A stretch of DNA of 64,000 bases from Macrostomum lignano (lineage: Eukaryota). A model generated the notes under the pieces. The model was not told where the DNA came from and made no database searches. It worked only from the letters and a program-made list of their open reading frames with translations. How positions within the stretch are numbered: the stretch's first letter is position 1; every line of letters begins with the position of its first letter. Shown piece after piece: positions 50,661-62,431 of this stretch. The stretch lies in the NCBI GenBank assembly GCA_002269645.1, contig NIVC01002360.1, positions 89,397 to 153,396 of the forward strand, written 5' to 3'. The position numbers were made by a program, and so were the translations under genes.

Positions 50661-51197
50661 TGTACACCATTTACACAGCTGCAAAGTGATTGCTCTGTAC
50701 AGACTTTTTAATCCATCGCCTAACGTGAAGCTTCAAGCAGCACTTTATTCAGCTTCACGGCACTGCTACATAGCAACTCTCCTTACTCTTTCGCACTCAT
50801 TTATGGAGCTCGGTGGCTGAGCGGAATAAGAAAGGTTGGGAGGAGAGCTGGGCTGCAATTCAATCAGTATTCGCGCTTGAACTGCAGAGGCCATGCAGAC
50901 TAATTGGGTCTCTGAGGAAACTGCTTGTCTTCTCTGTGCCCGCTCTTCAGTGCACTCGCGTTCCAACTGAGAAAACTCTCCTGTCTCTCGTGCCTGCTTC
51001 CAAGACGGAATTCGATTAATTACGGCCACCACTGAGTGCTGCAAGTGGCCGCTCAATAGCAAAGCTCGGCATTCGGAAATTCGCCTTCTGCGTTCGTGGC
51101 TTAACTATGAACTATGAAAGCAACGCTGTGTATGGGAGCTGAAGATTAGTTCAGTTAAGGTCACCACTATCCCCAGGTCTTCGGTCTGTGCCACCGT

Positions 51198-52200
51198 CAG
51201 CCTCCCAGATCCTCAGTTGCTGGGCCGTCCTCCCAAATCCTCAGTTGCTGGGCCAGCCTCCCAAATCCTCAGTTGCTGGGCAGCCGTCAGCCTCCCAAAT
51301 CCTCAGTTGCTGGGCCGCCGTCAGCCTCCCAGATCCTCAGTTGCTGGGCCAGCCTCCCAGATCCCCAGTTGCTGGGCCAGCCTCCCAGATCCTCAGTTGC
51401 TGGGCAGCCGTCAGCCTCCCAGATCCTCAGTTGCTGGGCCAGCCTCCCAGATCCTCAGTTGCTGGGCCAGCCTCCCAGATCCTCAGTTGCTGAGCCAGCC
51501 TCCCAGATCCTCAGTTGCTGATCCAGCCTCCCAGATCCTCAGTTGCTATGCCACCCTCCCAGATCCTCAGTTGCTATGCCACCCTTCCAGACCCTCAGTT
51601 GCTATGCCACCCTTCCAGACCCTCAGTTGCTATGCCACCCTTCCAGATCCTCAGTTGCTATGCCACCCTCCCAGATCCTCAGTTGCTATGCCACCCTCCC
51701 AGATCCTCAGTTGCTATGCCACCCTTCCAGACCCTCAGTTGCTATGCCACCCTCCCAGATCCTCAGTTGCTATGCCACCCTCCCAGATCCTCAGTTGCTA
51801 TGCCACCCTTCCAGACCCTCAGTTGCTGCTATGCCAGCCTCCCAGACCCTCAGTTTGCTGGGCCAGCCGCTCAGATCCTCAGTTGCTATGCCACCCTCCA
51901 GACCCTCAGTTGCTGCTATGCCAGCCTCCCAGACCCTCAGTTTGCTGGGCCAGCCGCTCAGATCCTCAGTTGCTATGCCACCCTCCAGACCCTCAGTTGC
52001 TGCTATGCCAGCCTCCCAGACCCTCAGTTTGCTGGGCCAGCCGCTCAGATCCTCAGTTGCTATGCCACCCTCCAGACCCTCAGTTGCTGCTATGCCAGCC
52101 TCCCAGACCCTCAGTTTGCTGGGCCAGCCGCTCAGATCCTCAGTTGCTATGCCACCCTCCAGATCCTCAGTTGCTGCTATGCCAGCCTCCCAGACCCTCA
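51198..52200. repeat. 28-bp minisatellite (CCTCCCAGATCCTCAGTTGCT + GGGCCAG/ATGCCAC) grading into a ~74-bp higher-order unit
   Basis: Tandem repeats. Confidence 0.95.
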
Positions 52201-52799
52201 TTTGCTGGGCCGCCGCCACCCAGTTCATGATTCAGCAATCAGCTGGGGTGACATTGGGAACAGCTGTTCCCAGCTGCTCGCCTTGTGCTGCTCTTCACCA
52301 AGCGCTGCGCTTTTATTATTCTATCAGAACACACAAGACCGAGCAGCTGAAAAAAACTAATCAAATCAATTAATGGCCTTACAAAAGGCGCACTGTACGC
52401 TTTGATCGTCCCATGCGACTTCAGTCCGCCGAATAGTCCATATGTGAAGCCCTGGGTCCCTCCTGTATAATGGATGAGCTGTTGGAGAAAAAAGCAGACT
52501 AAAGCCCAACAGAGGACAGCAATTGGCTTCTCGTGCACTGCTGCAGCTGCTGCCAGATCTGCTTTCGCGATCTCCCCCCTCCCCAGCCATTCATCATAAA
52601 ATGATGAAGCATTGGGTCGGGCAGGCGAGGAAAAAATCGGGGATGCTGATGGCGAGAGCACTGGTGAATTCTCAACTGCAAGTCCAACTCAAATTTTATG
52701 GCGAGCCATAATAATACTCTCCTTATGCAGATTTCCGAGTTGTATTTCATTTTACATGAGCCGCGCAATAGCGGCATTTAGTGTGATTTTAGCCTCCGA

Positions 52800-53575
52800 T
52801 ATCAGCCTTGGCGCCCACAATACCCGCCTTGGTCTTGGCGCCGCCGATATCAGCCTTGGCGCTCCCAATATCGGTCTTGTCAATTCGACCTGGACGCCGC
52901 GATATCAACCTTGGCGCCCCTAGATTCAACCTTGGCGCCCCGATATCAACCTTGGCGCCCCTAGATTCAACCTTGGCACCCCTAGATTCGACCTTGGCGC
53001 CCCTAGATTCGACCTTGGCGCCCCTAGATTCAACCTTGGCGCCCCTAGATTCAACCTTGGCACCCTAGATTCGACCTTGGCGCCCCTAGATTCAACCTTG
53101 GCGCCCCTAGATTCAACCTTGGCGCCCTTATATTCGACCTTGGTGCCCCTAGATTCAACCTTGGCGCCCTTATATTCGACCTTGGCACCCCTAGATTCGA
53201 CCTTGGCGCCCCGATATCAACCTTTGCGCCCCGATATCAACCTTGGCGCCCTTATATTCGACCTTGGTGCCCCTAGATTCAACCTTGGCGCCCTTAGATT
53301 CGACCTTGGTGCCCCTAGATTCAACCTTGGCGCCCTTATATTCGACCTTGGCGCCCCTAGATTCAACCTTGGCGCCCCGATATCAACCTTGGCGCCCCGA
53401 TATCAACCTTGGCGCCCGGATATCAACCTTGGCGCCCCGATATCAACCTTGTCGCCCTTAGATTCGACCTTGGCACCCCTTATCAACCTTGGCGCCCCTA
53501 GATTCAACCTTGGCACCCCTAGATTCAACCTTGGCGCCCCTAGATTCAACCTTGGCGCCCCTAGATCCAATCTTG
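52800..53575. repeat. 21-bp minisatellite CCTTGGCGCCCCTAGATTCAA
   Basis: Tandem repeats. Confidence 0.95.
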
Positions 53576-54526
53576 GCGTCCCCGGCATGGCTTCAGTTAC
53601 AATTTCGGCGCTGTTACACATGTAAAAGCAGGTGGGTTTGCCCGCCACCCCATTTGCCTTATAAATAAAAGGCTAATAAGCGGCTCAATTAGTCAGCAGG
53701 CAAAATAATTTTAGAGAAAATTTGCCAAGTTCGCAACAAATTGCAGTTCCAGCCCGTACTCCCCCAAGCAATAACTGCAAAGAAGACTTGGATTTCGGAT
53801 GGTTTTGCTGGTAGTTGTTGGCCCAATGTGGCCCAATAGGCTATTCTATTTATGCAATGCTGTGCCACACTAACTTAACCCGCCCGAACCTTAAGTGTTC
53901 AGCTTAATGCCTTGCTTCTAGTCGGGTTGTTGGCGAGGCGGTGGAAAGACAGACAGATTACACTTGGGCATTAAAGGAGGGGTTTAACCCGGCTTGGCGA
54001 GACTAAAGCCTTTCTCGTCTGGGGTTCTGTAATATGCAATGTACATAGCTGGGGGAGAGAAGTGTGAGCGTCTGGACCTGCAAAGACCCCAAGCGAAGGA
54101 CCAGACAGGGGAGTAGGTAGAGAGGAGGGAAGGAGAAATGTACAGTGGGGCTTCATTTTCAACAGCCCCCCCCCTGTCACCCCGCTGTCCGTCCGTCCCC
54201 TCTCTCCCCTCGGGGTTGGGCTTGGAGACAAACCGTTCATGTATAGAATAATGCGGTGGCTTCGGCTATCTTTTTAGCTGACTGCTTTTGATCCTTCAAA
54301 GAGTTGTGCTTGCTTGCCCTGTGCCTTCAAGCAAAGAACTGCCTCTGCCTACCCGGACTGCCCTCAGTCCCGTTTTCCCGCGTTTCTTCTGGCTTTTCGG
54401 GCAGCAGGCCGGGACAAAAGCCTCATAAAGCATATTTTCCAAGGGGATTCCAGGAAAGCAAGAAGAGGTGCGACGCGGTCTGCTGACTTGCTGCTTTGAC
54501 AGCCTTCTCTGTGGTGGCTAGCGAGC

Positions 54527-57500
54527 ATGAGGTAATTCCTGCGAATATTGCTGCTCCGTACGCTTACGACTTACCTATATTCACAACCCAATGTCAAGCT
54601 TGGCGCCCCACATGTCAATATTGACGCCCCACATGTCAATCTTGGCGCGCCGCATGTCAATCTTGGCGACCCACATGTCAATATTGGCGCCCCACATGTC
54701 AATCTTAGCTCCCCGTGTCAATCTTGGCGCCCTTATGTCAATCTTGGCGCTCTCATATCAATATTGACGCCCTCATGCCAGTCTTGGCCCCCTCGTATCA
54801 ATATTGGCGCCCCACATGTCAATCTTGGCGCCCCCGTGTCAATCTTGGCGCCCTCATGTCAATATTGGCGCCCTCATGTCAATCTTGGCGCCCTCATGTT
54901 AATCTTGGCGCCCTCATGTCAGCCTTGGCCCCCTCGTATCAATATTGGCGCCCCGTGTCAATCTTGGCGCCCTCATGTCAATCTTGGCGCCCCTCACGTC
55001 AATCTTGGCGCTCCTCATATTAATCTTGGCGCTCTCATGTCTTGGCGCCCTCATGTCAGTCTTGGCGCCCTCGTATCAATATTGGCGCTTCACATTTCAA
55101 TTTGGCACCCCACATGTCAATCTTGGCGCCCCGTGTCAATCTTGGCGCCCTTATGTCAATCTTGGCGCCCTCATGTTAATCTTGGCGCCTTCATGTCAGT
55201 CTTGGCCCCCTCGTATCAATATTGGCGCGCCACATGTCAATCTTGGCGCCCCACGTGTCAATCTTGGCGCCCTCATGTCAATCTTGGCGCTCCTCATATT
55301 AATCTTGGCGCCCTCATGTCAGTCTTGGCGCTCCTCATATCTTGGCGCCCTCATGTCAATCTTGGTGCCCTCATGTCAGTCTTGGCGCCCCCATATCAAT
55401 CTTGGCGCCCTCATGTCAATCTTGGCGCCCCGCCCCTCCAGCGACCTGCAGTCCTCGCAGCCGACTTCGTCAACCCGACGTCGAGCAACCCCGCCGGAGC
55501 CGCCGACGCCGCTGGAGGCCGCCCTATCGGCTGGCGCGGCCGACGCCGAGCTGGAACGCCTGCTCGACCGTCGCGATGAATTCGGCGACGACGCCCTGAC
55601 CGAGGAAGTTGAACGCGCTGACACCGAGGCCGACGCCGCCGTTCTGTCGCTGCTGACCCGACCGCGCCTCGCCGAGCGCTGCTGGCAGCCCGCGCTGTTC
55701 GCTGCCGCCCGCTGCGGCCGCTTCGGCCTGCTGCAGCGCCTGCGGGATGCCGACCCCGCCGCCTGGCGCAGGGCGGTTCGCTCAGCGGGTCCTGATGGTC
55801 GCCGGGTGCTGCACCACGCTGCCGCAGGCGGAAGGGTGGAGGCCATGCTTCGGCTGCTGCGGATGCTGCGAATGCATCATCATCAGCAGCAACAGCCGGA
55901 AGCTGCGATGGATGACGCCGGCGCCGAGGAAGAAGCTCCTGATGAGGCTGAGGAAGCTGCGGATGGAGCTGATGAAAAGCGGCGAGCCGAAAAAAATTTA
56001 GAGCAGGAGGCGGAGGTGAGTGCGCTGCATCGGCATTCGATGGCTACTTGTTGTTGTCGGAAAGGCTGCGGGGTGTCAGGAGAGGTAGCAGGATGTCAGG
56101 AGAGGTAGCAGGATGTCAGGAGATGTAGCAGGATGTCACGAGAGGTAGTAGGATGTCAGGAGATGTAGCAGGATGTCAAGAGAGGTAGCAGGATGTCATG
56201 AGAGGTAGCAGGATGTCAGGAGAGGTAGCAGGATGTCAGGAGAGGTAGTATAGGATGTCAGGAGAGGTAGTATAGGATGTCAGGAGAGGTAGCAGGATGT
56301 CAGGAGAGGTAGCAGGATGTCAGGAGAGGTAGCAGGATGTCAGGAGAGGTAGCAGGATGTCAGGAGAGGTAGCAGGATGTCAGGAGAGGTAGTAGGATGT
56401 CAGAGGAAAAGATCAGCGCATTTCTACACGCCCTCAATCCCCAGGCCCTGGACACCGAAGAGGACTTCGCCGAGCTGGTGTACGCGGTGGACTGCCGCGG
56501 CCGCACCTTCCTGTCCGAGCTGGCTGACCTGCACCCGCAGGCGCTGCCGGAGCTGTGGCCGGCGGAGCTGCCAGGCGGGCTGGCCCGCGTGCTGGAGCTG
56601 CTGGACCCGCCGCTGCAGGGCCTGACGGACCTGCCGGATCGCCAGGCCGCCCTGGAGACGGTGGCCATCGCCCAGGAGCCGGTGAAGCGAATCGTGCGCA
56701 GCCTGTCCGACCTGCCAGACGGCGAGCGGTCGGACGCGGCGAGGCAGCTGGTGCGGCTGTCGCAGTCGGCCTCGTCGCCGAAGCTGCTGCCGGCGCTACT
56801 GCGGCTCGGCCTGGTGCGTCCGGCCGACTGCGAGCAGAGCTTCGTGCTGGAGCTGGTGAAGGCCGGCTGGCTGACCGCCGCCTCCCAGCTGATGCGCCTG
56901 CAGCAGACCCGCCTGGTCGAGACCTGCGTTGCCGTGGCCGCCGCCTGCGGCTCCGCGCGGCCGCTCGAGCAGCCCCGGCCGCGCCCAGCAGCCACCCCGG
57001 GCGGCCTGGCCGCCTCGGCCGGGCGCTGGCTGAAGAGCGGCGAGCAGGCTGGGGACGACGCCAGCGTGGACAGCGGCGCCAGCAACCGCGAGCGCCTCCG
57101 TCGGGAGGCCGTCACTGTGGCGCTGAACGCCCTGGACGCCGTCTATTCCGGCGCCGACGGGCACTGGAAGGCGCGCGTTCACCGGCACTTCTTCAGCGGT
57201 GGAGGCGGCGCCGGCGCCCTGGCACTCGCTGATGCAGCCCCGGAGCTGCTGGCGGCGCCTGCGCTGGCAGAGTACGCCGACCGGCGCTGGGCGGACGGCC
57301 CGGACGCCGCGGCCGGCTGTCTGGGCTTCGGCAGTCCGGCCGGCGGGCCGCCGCGGTTCTCGCCGAGGACGAAGCACGCGGCCCGCCTGCTGAGCCTCCT
57401 GCTGTTCCAGCTGCTGCTGACGGTGCAGGCGGCCGTGGGGGCGGGCCGGACCGCGGCCAGATGGTCCGGCCTGGAGACGGTGCTGGTCATCTGGCTGCTG

Positions 57501-58478
57501 CTGCAGCTGGTGCAGGAGATCGCCAGTCCCGCCTGGGATGGCGGCTCCGCGCTGCCACCGCTGCCGCCGCTCATCTCCGCGCTGCTGTTGCCGGTGTCAG
57601 CCTGCGCTGTCTCAGGCATCGGCCTGATCGTCTGGGCGGTGGCCAGCGGCGTGCCGGGCCCCGGGGTGCTGCTGGCTGCCAAGATTCTGCTGTGCCTGAG
57701 CGCGGCGCTGTGGTCCTGCCGCCTGCTGGCCGCCCTGCGACCCTGCCGGCTTGCCGGGCTGCCCGTGCAGCAACTCCTGCTGGTGCTTCGGCGGGACTGC
57801 TGGCCCATGGCGGCGTCCCTGCTGCCAGGATTCACCTTGGGCGCCGCGCCCTTAGTCAGCCTGCTGGTCGCTGTGACCTACGCTGCCTCTTCTCCGGCCT
57901 ATTCTATTCTAGTTGGCGTCTGCCTGTTCCTGCTGCTGCTGCTCTGCTGGCTTCTAGGAGCAAGATTCTGCGTCACCCTGGCCGAGGCCGGCGATCTGGC
58001 GGTCGGCAGGCAGCGCCGGTGCCGCCTGGCCGCAGCTGAGGCGCTGACGCCGGCCGGCTGCCTGCCCGCCCCGCTGAACATCGCCTACGCGGTGCCGCAG
58101 GCGCTGCTGCTCGGCCGGCGTCTCCGCGACCGCCTGACCGGCCAGGCCGACGCGGACATCGAGGCCGCAGCCGCGCTCAACCGGCAAGATGTCTATGGCA
58201 ACGGTTGCCAGGGAGGCGGCGGCGGGGGAGACGTCGGGGCAGCCTCGGGCCAGCTGCTTCTCGGCGGCGGCACCGGGGGCGGAGGCGGCGGCAGCTGGGG
58301 GCGGCGCACAAGGAGGACCGGCAGTTCCAGCTGTTCCAAGCCGCTGCGTTTCGCGGAAAGCGGCACAATTTCCAGCGGGCCTGGCCGCCGGCGAGCTAAG
58401 GGGGGCTCGATTTGTTTTTTTTCAGCTGCTTTTGCATCGCTAAAGTGCACTGACCCTGGCTGGCTAAAAGTACATTAA
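54527..58478 (+). CDS. Divergent ankyrin-containing TRP (TRPC/TRPM-like) channel-like protein; putative exons 54527-54531, 55442-56015, ~56376-58478
   Basis: Ankyrin-like ALFAAARCGR and RRVLHHAAAGG; pre-S1 LLAAPALAEYADRRW; S2 LETVLVIWLLLQLVQEI; S4 KILLCLSAALWSCRLL; S4-S5 linker ending RRD; S6 then TRP-domain-like RQRRCR...LPAPLNI. Exon 3 start and C-terminus uncertain. Confidence 0.72.
54590..55432. repeat. 20-21-bp minisatellite TGTCAATCTTGGCGCCC(T/C)CA filling the putative first intron of the TRP-like gene
   Basis: Tandem repeats running to the acceptor at 55441. Confidence 0.95.
56085..56403. repeat. 20-bp purine-rich minisatellite AGGAGAGGTAGCAGGATGTC abutting TRP-like exon 3
   Basis: Tandem repeats. 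Confidence 0.95.
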
Positions 58479-59425
58479 TTGCCGAGTCGATTTGACTGAC
58501 AGGTGACGTAAGTCGTTTCCAATCCGCCCACTGTGTTTTACCTGCTAAGCCAGTCTCACTAGCGCGCCTGCGGCATTTGCATATTTAATGACTATATTAG
58601 TAAGCTATAGTTAATATCATTATTACGGCAATATGATTCAGCGAAACTCGACAGCATGGACTTTTATACGCTGCTACTTATCGAAATTATCGAGCTGTCC
58701 TTCACAGTTTCACGCCCTCAGTCGCCAGCCCCTGGCTTTTTAGTCTCCTAGTTTTTTTAACACAAAGCTTTTGTTCGAAATTGCAACAGAAAACAGCACT
58801 AACTGGCGAGTTTTAATCTAACCAATCAGTCACGTGACTCACTTTCACCTTTTTAGCTTTGCATCCTATATATACATGTATCTGTCAAATCTTGATTGCA
58901 TATGCAATATTATAAATATATTTTTGGCATCTATCAAAGCACTATTTGAATTAGTTGGATACCGCTGAGCACTTCCTCATCAATGTGTTTGACTCGCTTT
59001 AAATTCTAATATGAAAATACGGGTGTAGGTGCCTCGGGTCCTTCGAAACTTCACCATGGCTAATTCGGCCCGCTCAAGGTTTGTGTCTCTTCTCAGCTCT
59101 CTCCTCTCGTTTCTTCTCCCCTCTCATCTCTTTCCTCTTCCCTCTCTATACCCTCTCCTTTCCTCTCTCATCTGGCCCACAGCAATGATCTGGGCTTAGC
59201 TGTCAGGGTTGCAGGCACACAGCATAGTACATGTGCATGTATAGACAGGGCCGCAGCTGGCCAATCAGCGTGCGCCGCGCCATCAGTCAGGGCTGGGGGG
59301 TAAGAAAAAATGGGGCTGGCGCTGCAAATGCTGTACGTTCGTGGCCAATCAGAGAGCAGCTGGGGAATTGTTGTCGCCCAGGAAATTCACTGACTGGGAT
59401 CGAATAAGATTTAATTGTGGGTTCC

Positions 59426-59785
59426 AGGGTTGTAGCCTAGTGGTTGGAGCAGGACTCGGCAAACTGCGCCCCGAAGGCCACATGCGGCCCACGAAGCCTC
59501 TCTATCCGGCCCGAGGGTCCTCTGAAATTTCAAAAGCAGCAATCCTGCCCGCTCGGGGTTCGTGTCTCTTCTCAGCTCTCTTCTCCTCTCTCCCCTCTCC
59601 ACTCCTCTCCCCTCTTTTTCTCTCTCTTCTCCTCTCCTTTTTAATAATTTGGCCCGCAGCCATGCGCTCGATTCTCGAGGTCGGGAGTTCGATTCTCGAC
59701 CCACTCGACGGAACAATTTGTGTCCTTGACCAAGACACTCAACTCTGCATTGCTTCAGTTCACCCAGCTGTAAAATAGGCGACAG
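59426..59785 (+). mobile_element. Second copy of the tRNA-derived CORE-like SINE, interrupted at ~59450-59662 by a hAT/Charlie-like end fragment
   Basis: GGGTTGTAGCCTAGTGGTTGGAGC | insert starting CAGGACTCGGCAAACTGCG..GGCCACATGCGGCCC | GAGTTCGATTC..GGAACAATTTGTGTCCTTGACCAAGACACTCAACTCTGCATTGCTTCAGTTCACCCAGCTG. Confidence 0.7.
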
Positions 59786-59849
59786 CATCGATCACCTCGT
59801 GTAAAAAATAGGTATCAAATATCTAGTATGTATGAAAAATTTACAAGAT

Positions 59850-61176
59850 CTAAACAAACAAAGACATGTATGTAAAAAGACATAGTAAGTACACTGCATA
59901 GGAAAAATCATAGACATTCAGTTTGTGTGGATTTGCAGTCAGCAAGCCAACAGTCTGTGAAAAGGGCCGCCATGAAGTGCTGCAGCAGCGGGCGCGTGTC
60001 CGGGTCGCGCACCAGCCCGGGTTTCGCTTCAAGTAGGCGAGGAAGGCGCTCTGGCTGGCATGGTACGCCAGGCTCGCCGCGTAAAGTCGTCCGAGTTTCT
60101 CTGCGATCGTCGACAAGTGCCGGTTTCTCTCAGTCAGACTCTGGAAAGCCTGCGAGTGGGCAAGGAGCAGGGCTGAGTCGTGCGTGAGGGGTTAATGGCA
60201 ATGAGGATACCGATGTGAATATGAATATAGCGATATTCACCTAGAGACACCGATATTCATCTAGAGACACCGATTTTCATCTAGAGACACCGATTTTCAT
60301 CTAGAGACACAGATATTCATCTAGAGACACCGATTTTCATCTAGAGACGCCGATATTCATCTAGAGACCCCGAAATCTATCTAGAGACACCGATATTCAT
60401 CTAGAGACACCGATATTCATCTAGAGACACCGATTTTCATCTAGAGACACCGATATTCATCTAGAGACACCGATATTCATCTAGAGACACCGATATTCAT
60501 CTAGAGACACCGATTTTCATCTAGAGACACCGATATTCATCTAGAGACACCGATTTTCATCTAGAGACGCCGATATTCATCTAGAGACCCCGAAATCTAT
60601 CTAGAGACACCGATATTCATCTAGAGACACAGATATTCATCTAGAGACACCGATATTCATCTAGAGACACAGATATTCACCTAGAGACACCGATTTTCAT
60701 CTAGAGACACCGATATTCATCTAGAGACACAGATATTCATCTAGAGACACCGATATTCATCTAGAGACACCGATATTCATCTAGAGACACCGATATTCAT
60801 CTAGAGACACCGATTTTCATCTAGAGACACCGATTTTCATCTAGAGACACCGATATTCATCTAGAGACACCGATTTTCATCTAGAGACGCCGATATTCAT
60901 CTAGAGACCCCGAAATCTATCTAGAGACACCGATATTCATTTGGAGACGCGATATTCATCTAGAGACACCGACATTAATCTAGAGACCTACAGACGGATT
61001 CGAATAGGCAATAGCTTCCCCCATAGCAACTAAACAAAGCCGAGTACCTCTTTGAGCCGCTGCTGCCTCTGCTTCTTCTTCAGCCGGCAAAGCCGAGCCG
61101 CCTCTCGATTCTTCTTCCGCCTGGCGTCCTCGGCAGTTTGAGCTGCAGGCGCCACGGCAGCTTGGCAGTGCTTCAT
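59850..61176 (-). CDS. Small bZIP transcription factor (Fos/ATF3/BATF- or CREB-like basic region); exons 61176-61048 and 60149-~59850
   Basis: RRKKNREAARLCRLKKKQRQQRLKE|AFQSLTERNRHLSTIAEKLGRL across a phase-0 GT-AG intron; C-terminal end uncertain. Confidence 0.8.
60241..60975. repeat. 20-bp minisatellite CTAGAGACACCGATATTCAT in the bZIP intron
   Basis: Tandem repeats. Confidence 0.96.
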
Positions 61177-61274
61177 CGTTGGTGCAATGTCTGGCTGGTG
61201 CACTCTGAGTAACAATGACTTTTTATGCCAAACTGACACTCCCCTGCGCTATTGTTGAGCACCTTTGAAAGAAA

Positions 61275-61435
61275 TTTATAAATAGCGATGAAGTAATCTG
61301 CAAAGGCCAAATACTTCGTTAATAAAATCATAAGCAAATTAATGATTAACTTAGTAAAGCAATTCAGCAGGAATGTGACTCAGATTCGAAAATAGATTCC
61401 ATTGTGGCTCATGTCTAATTTGTGTTCGTGACGCC
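61275..61435 (-). promoter_or_regulatory. Putative promoter of the small bZIP gene
   Basis: Minus-strand CTATTTATAAA (TATA/MEF2-like) near 61275-61285, TGACTCA (AP-1) at 61376-61382, TGACG half-CRE near 61429. Confidence 0.45.
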
Positions 61436-62431
61436 CACACAAGTCGTTTAGTTGAAAATACTAGTATGAGCGTACACTAATTTCAACTCACAATCTGTTT
61501 GCAAATGCTCGTACTGCATGAATAAGGTAAAAAACAAACCAGATAGGCGTCTCTCCAAAACTGTTACCAAATGGCTATTCTGGAACTTTGGCAACAAAAT
61601 CCAACAAAATGTGCCATAAACAGTGAACAGTTTTCGTTAGAACAAAATCTCAAGTCGGGAATTCCAAAGTGCGAGCAGCATTATATTTGTGAAGCAAACT
61701 GTCAATTGAAAAGAATCGCCAGTTCAAACTGACCTACTCACAGTAGGCTATAATGTTTATTACATATATTTTGTAGCTCGTACGGCCAGCCGAGCAGTCA
61801 GTGTACACTTCAAAAAGTACACGAAAACCTGCTTGTTTCTTGTACTGCACTTGGCAAGAGAGAGAGATATGGGGGAGAGAGAGTCCAATGTACATAGACC
61901 GCCATATAGCTCTAACCTGAAGTCTGTGACGCAGTTAAAATCCAGGTGACTAAAATAGTGAACCTTCTCACAAACAAGCACTCAGCACTGCAGCCGCTCA
62001 GGCCCTTGTTGAGGCCAGACTGGGACTGCTTGAGTACCCAAAAAAAAGATAAAATTCCTAAAGCTCAAAAAGTTCACGTAGTCGATAAGACTGTGAAATT
62101 TTAACTAATGCGAAACTTCTGAGATAAGGCTTTAACTCAGCTTAAATTAATGATGTATATTTCATAGAATTCGAGCAAGCACAATACCAGGGTTTTGCGT
62201 ACATGTATCACGCATCTTACGAGTAAAAATGCTCCGCGGACAAACGAATGCCACCGACAAATGAAAAATAGTACTTTAGTGTATAAAGGATTAAACAGAC
62301 GCAGTGAAGATTATGATTCGGTGTCAGTTAGTTAATCTGCAGTGCCATATTGCTCATCTACAATCAGTGCGAAAGCTGCATACACGCCGTCTCCAGCTTC
62401 ACTGCGGACTGCGGCGTCAGCAGAAAGGGCG

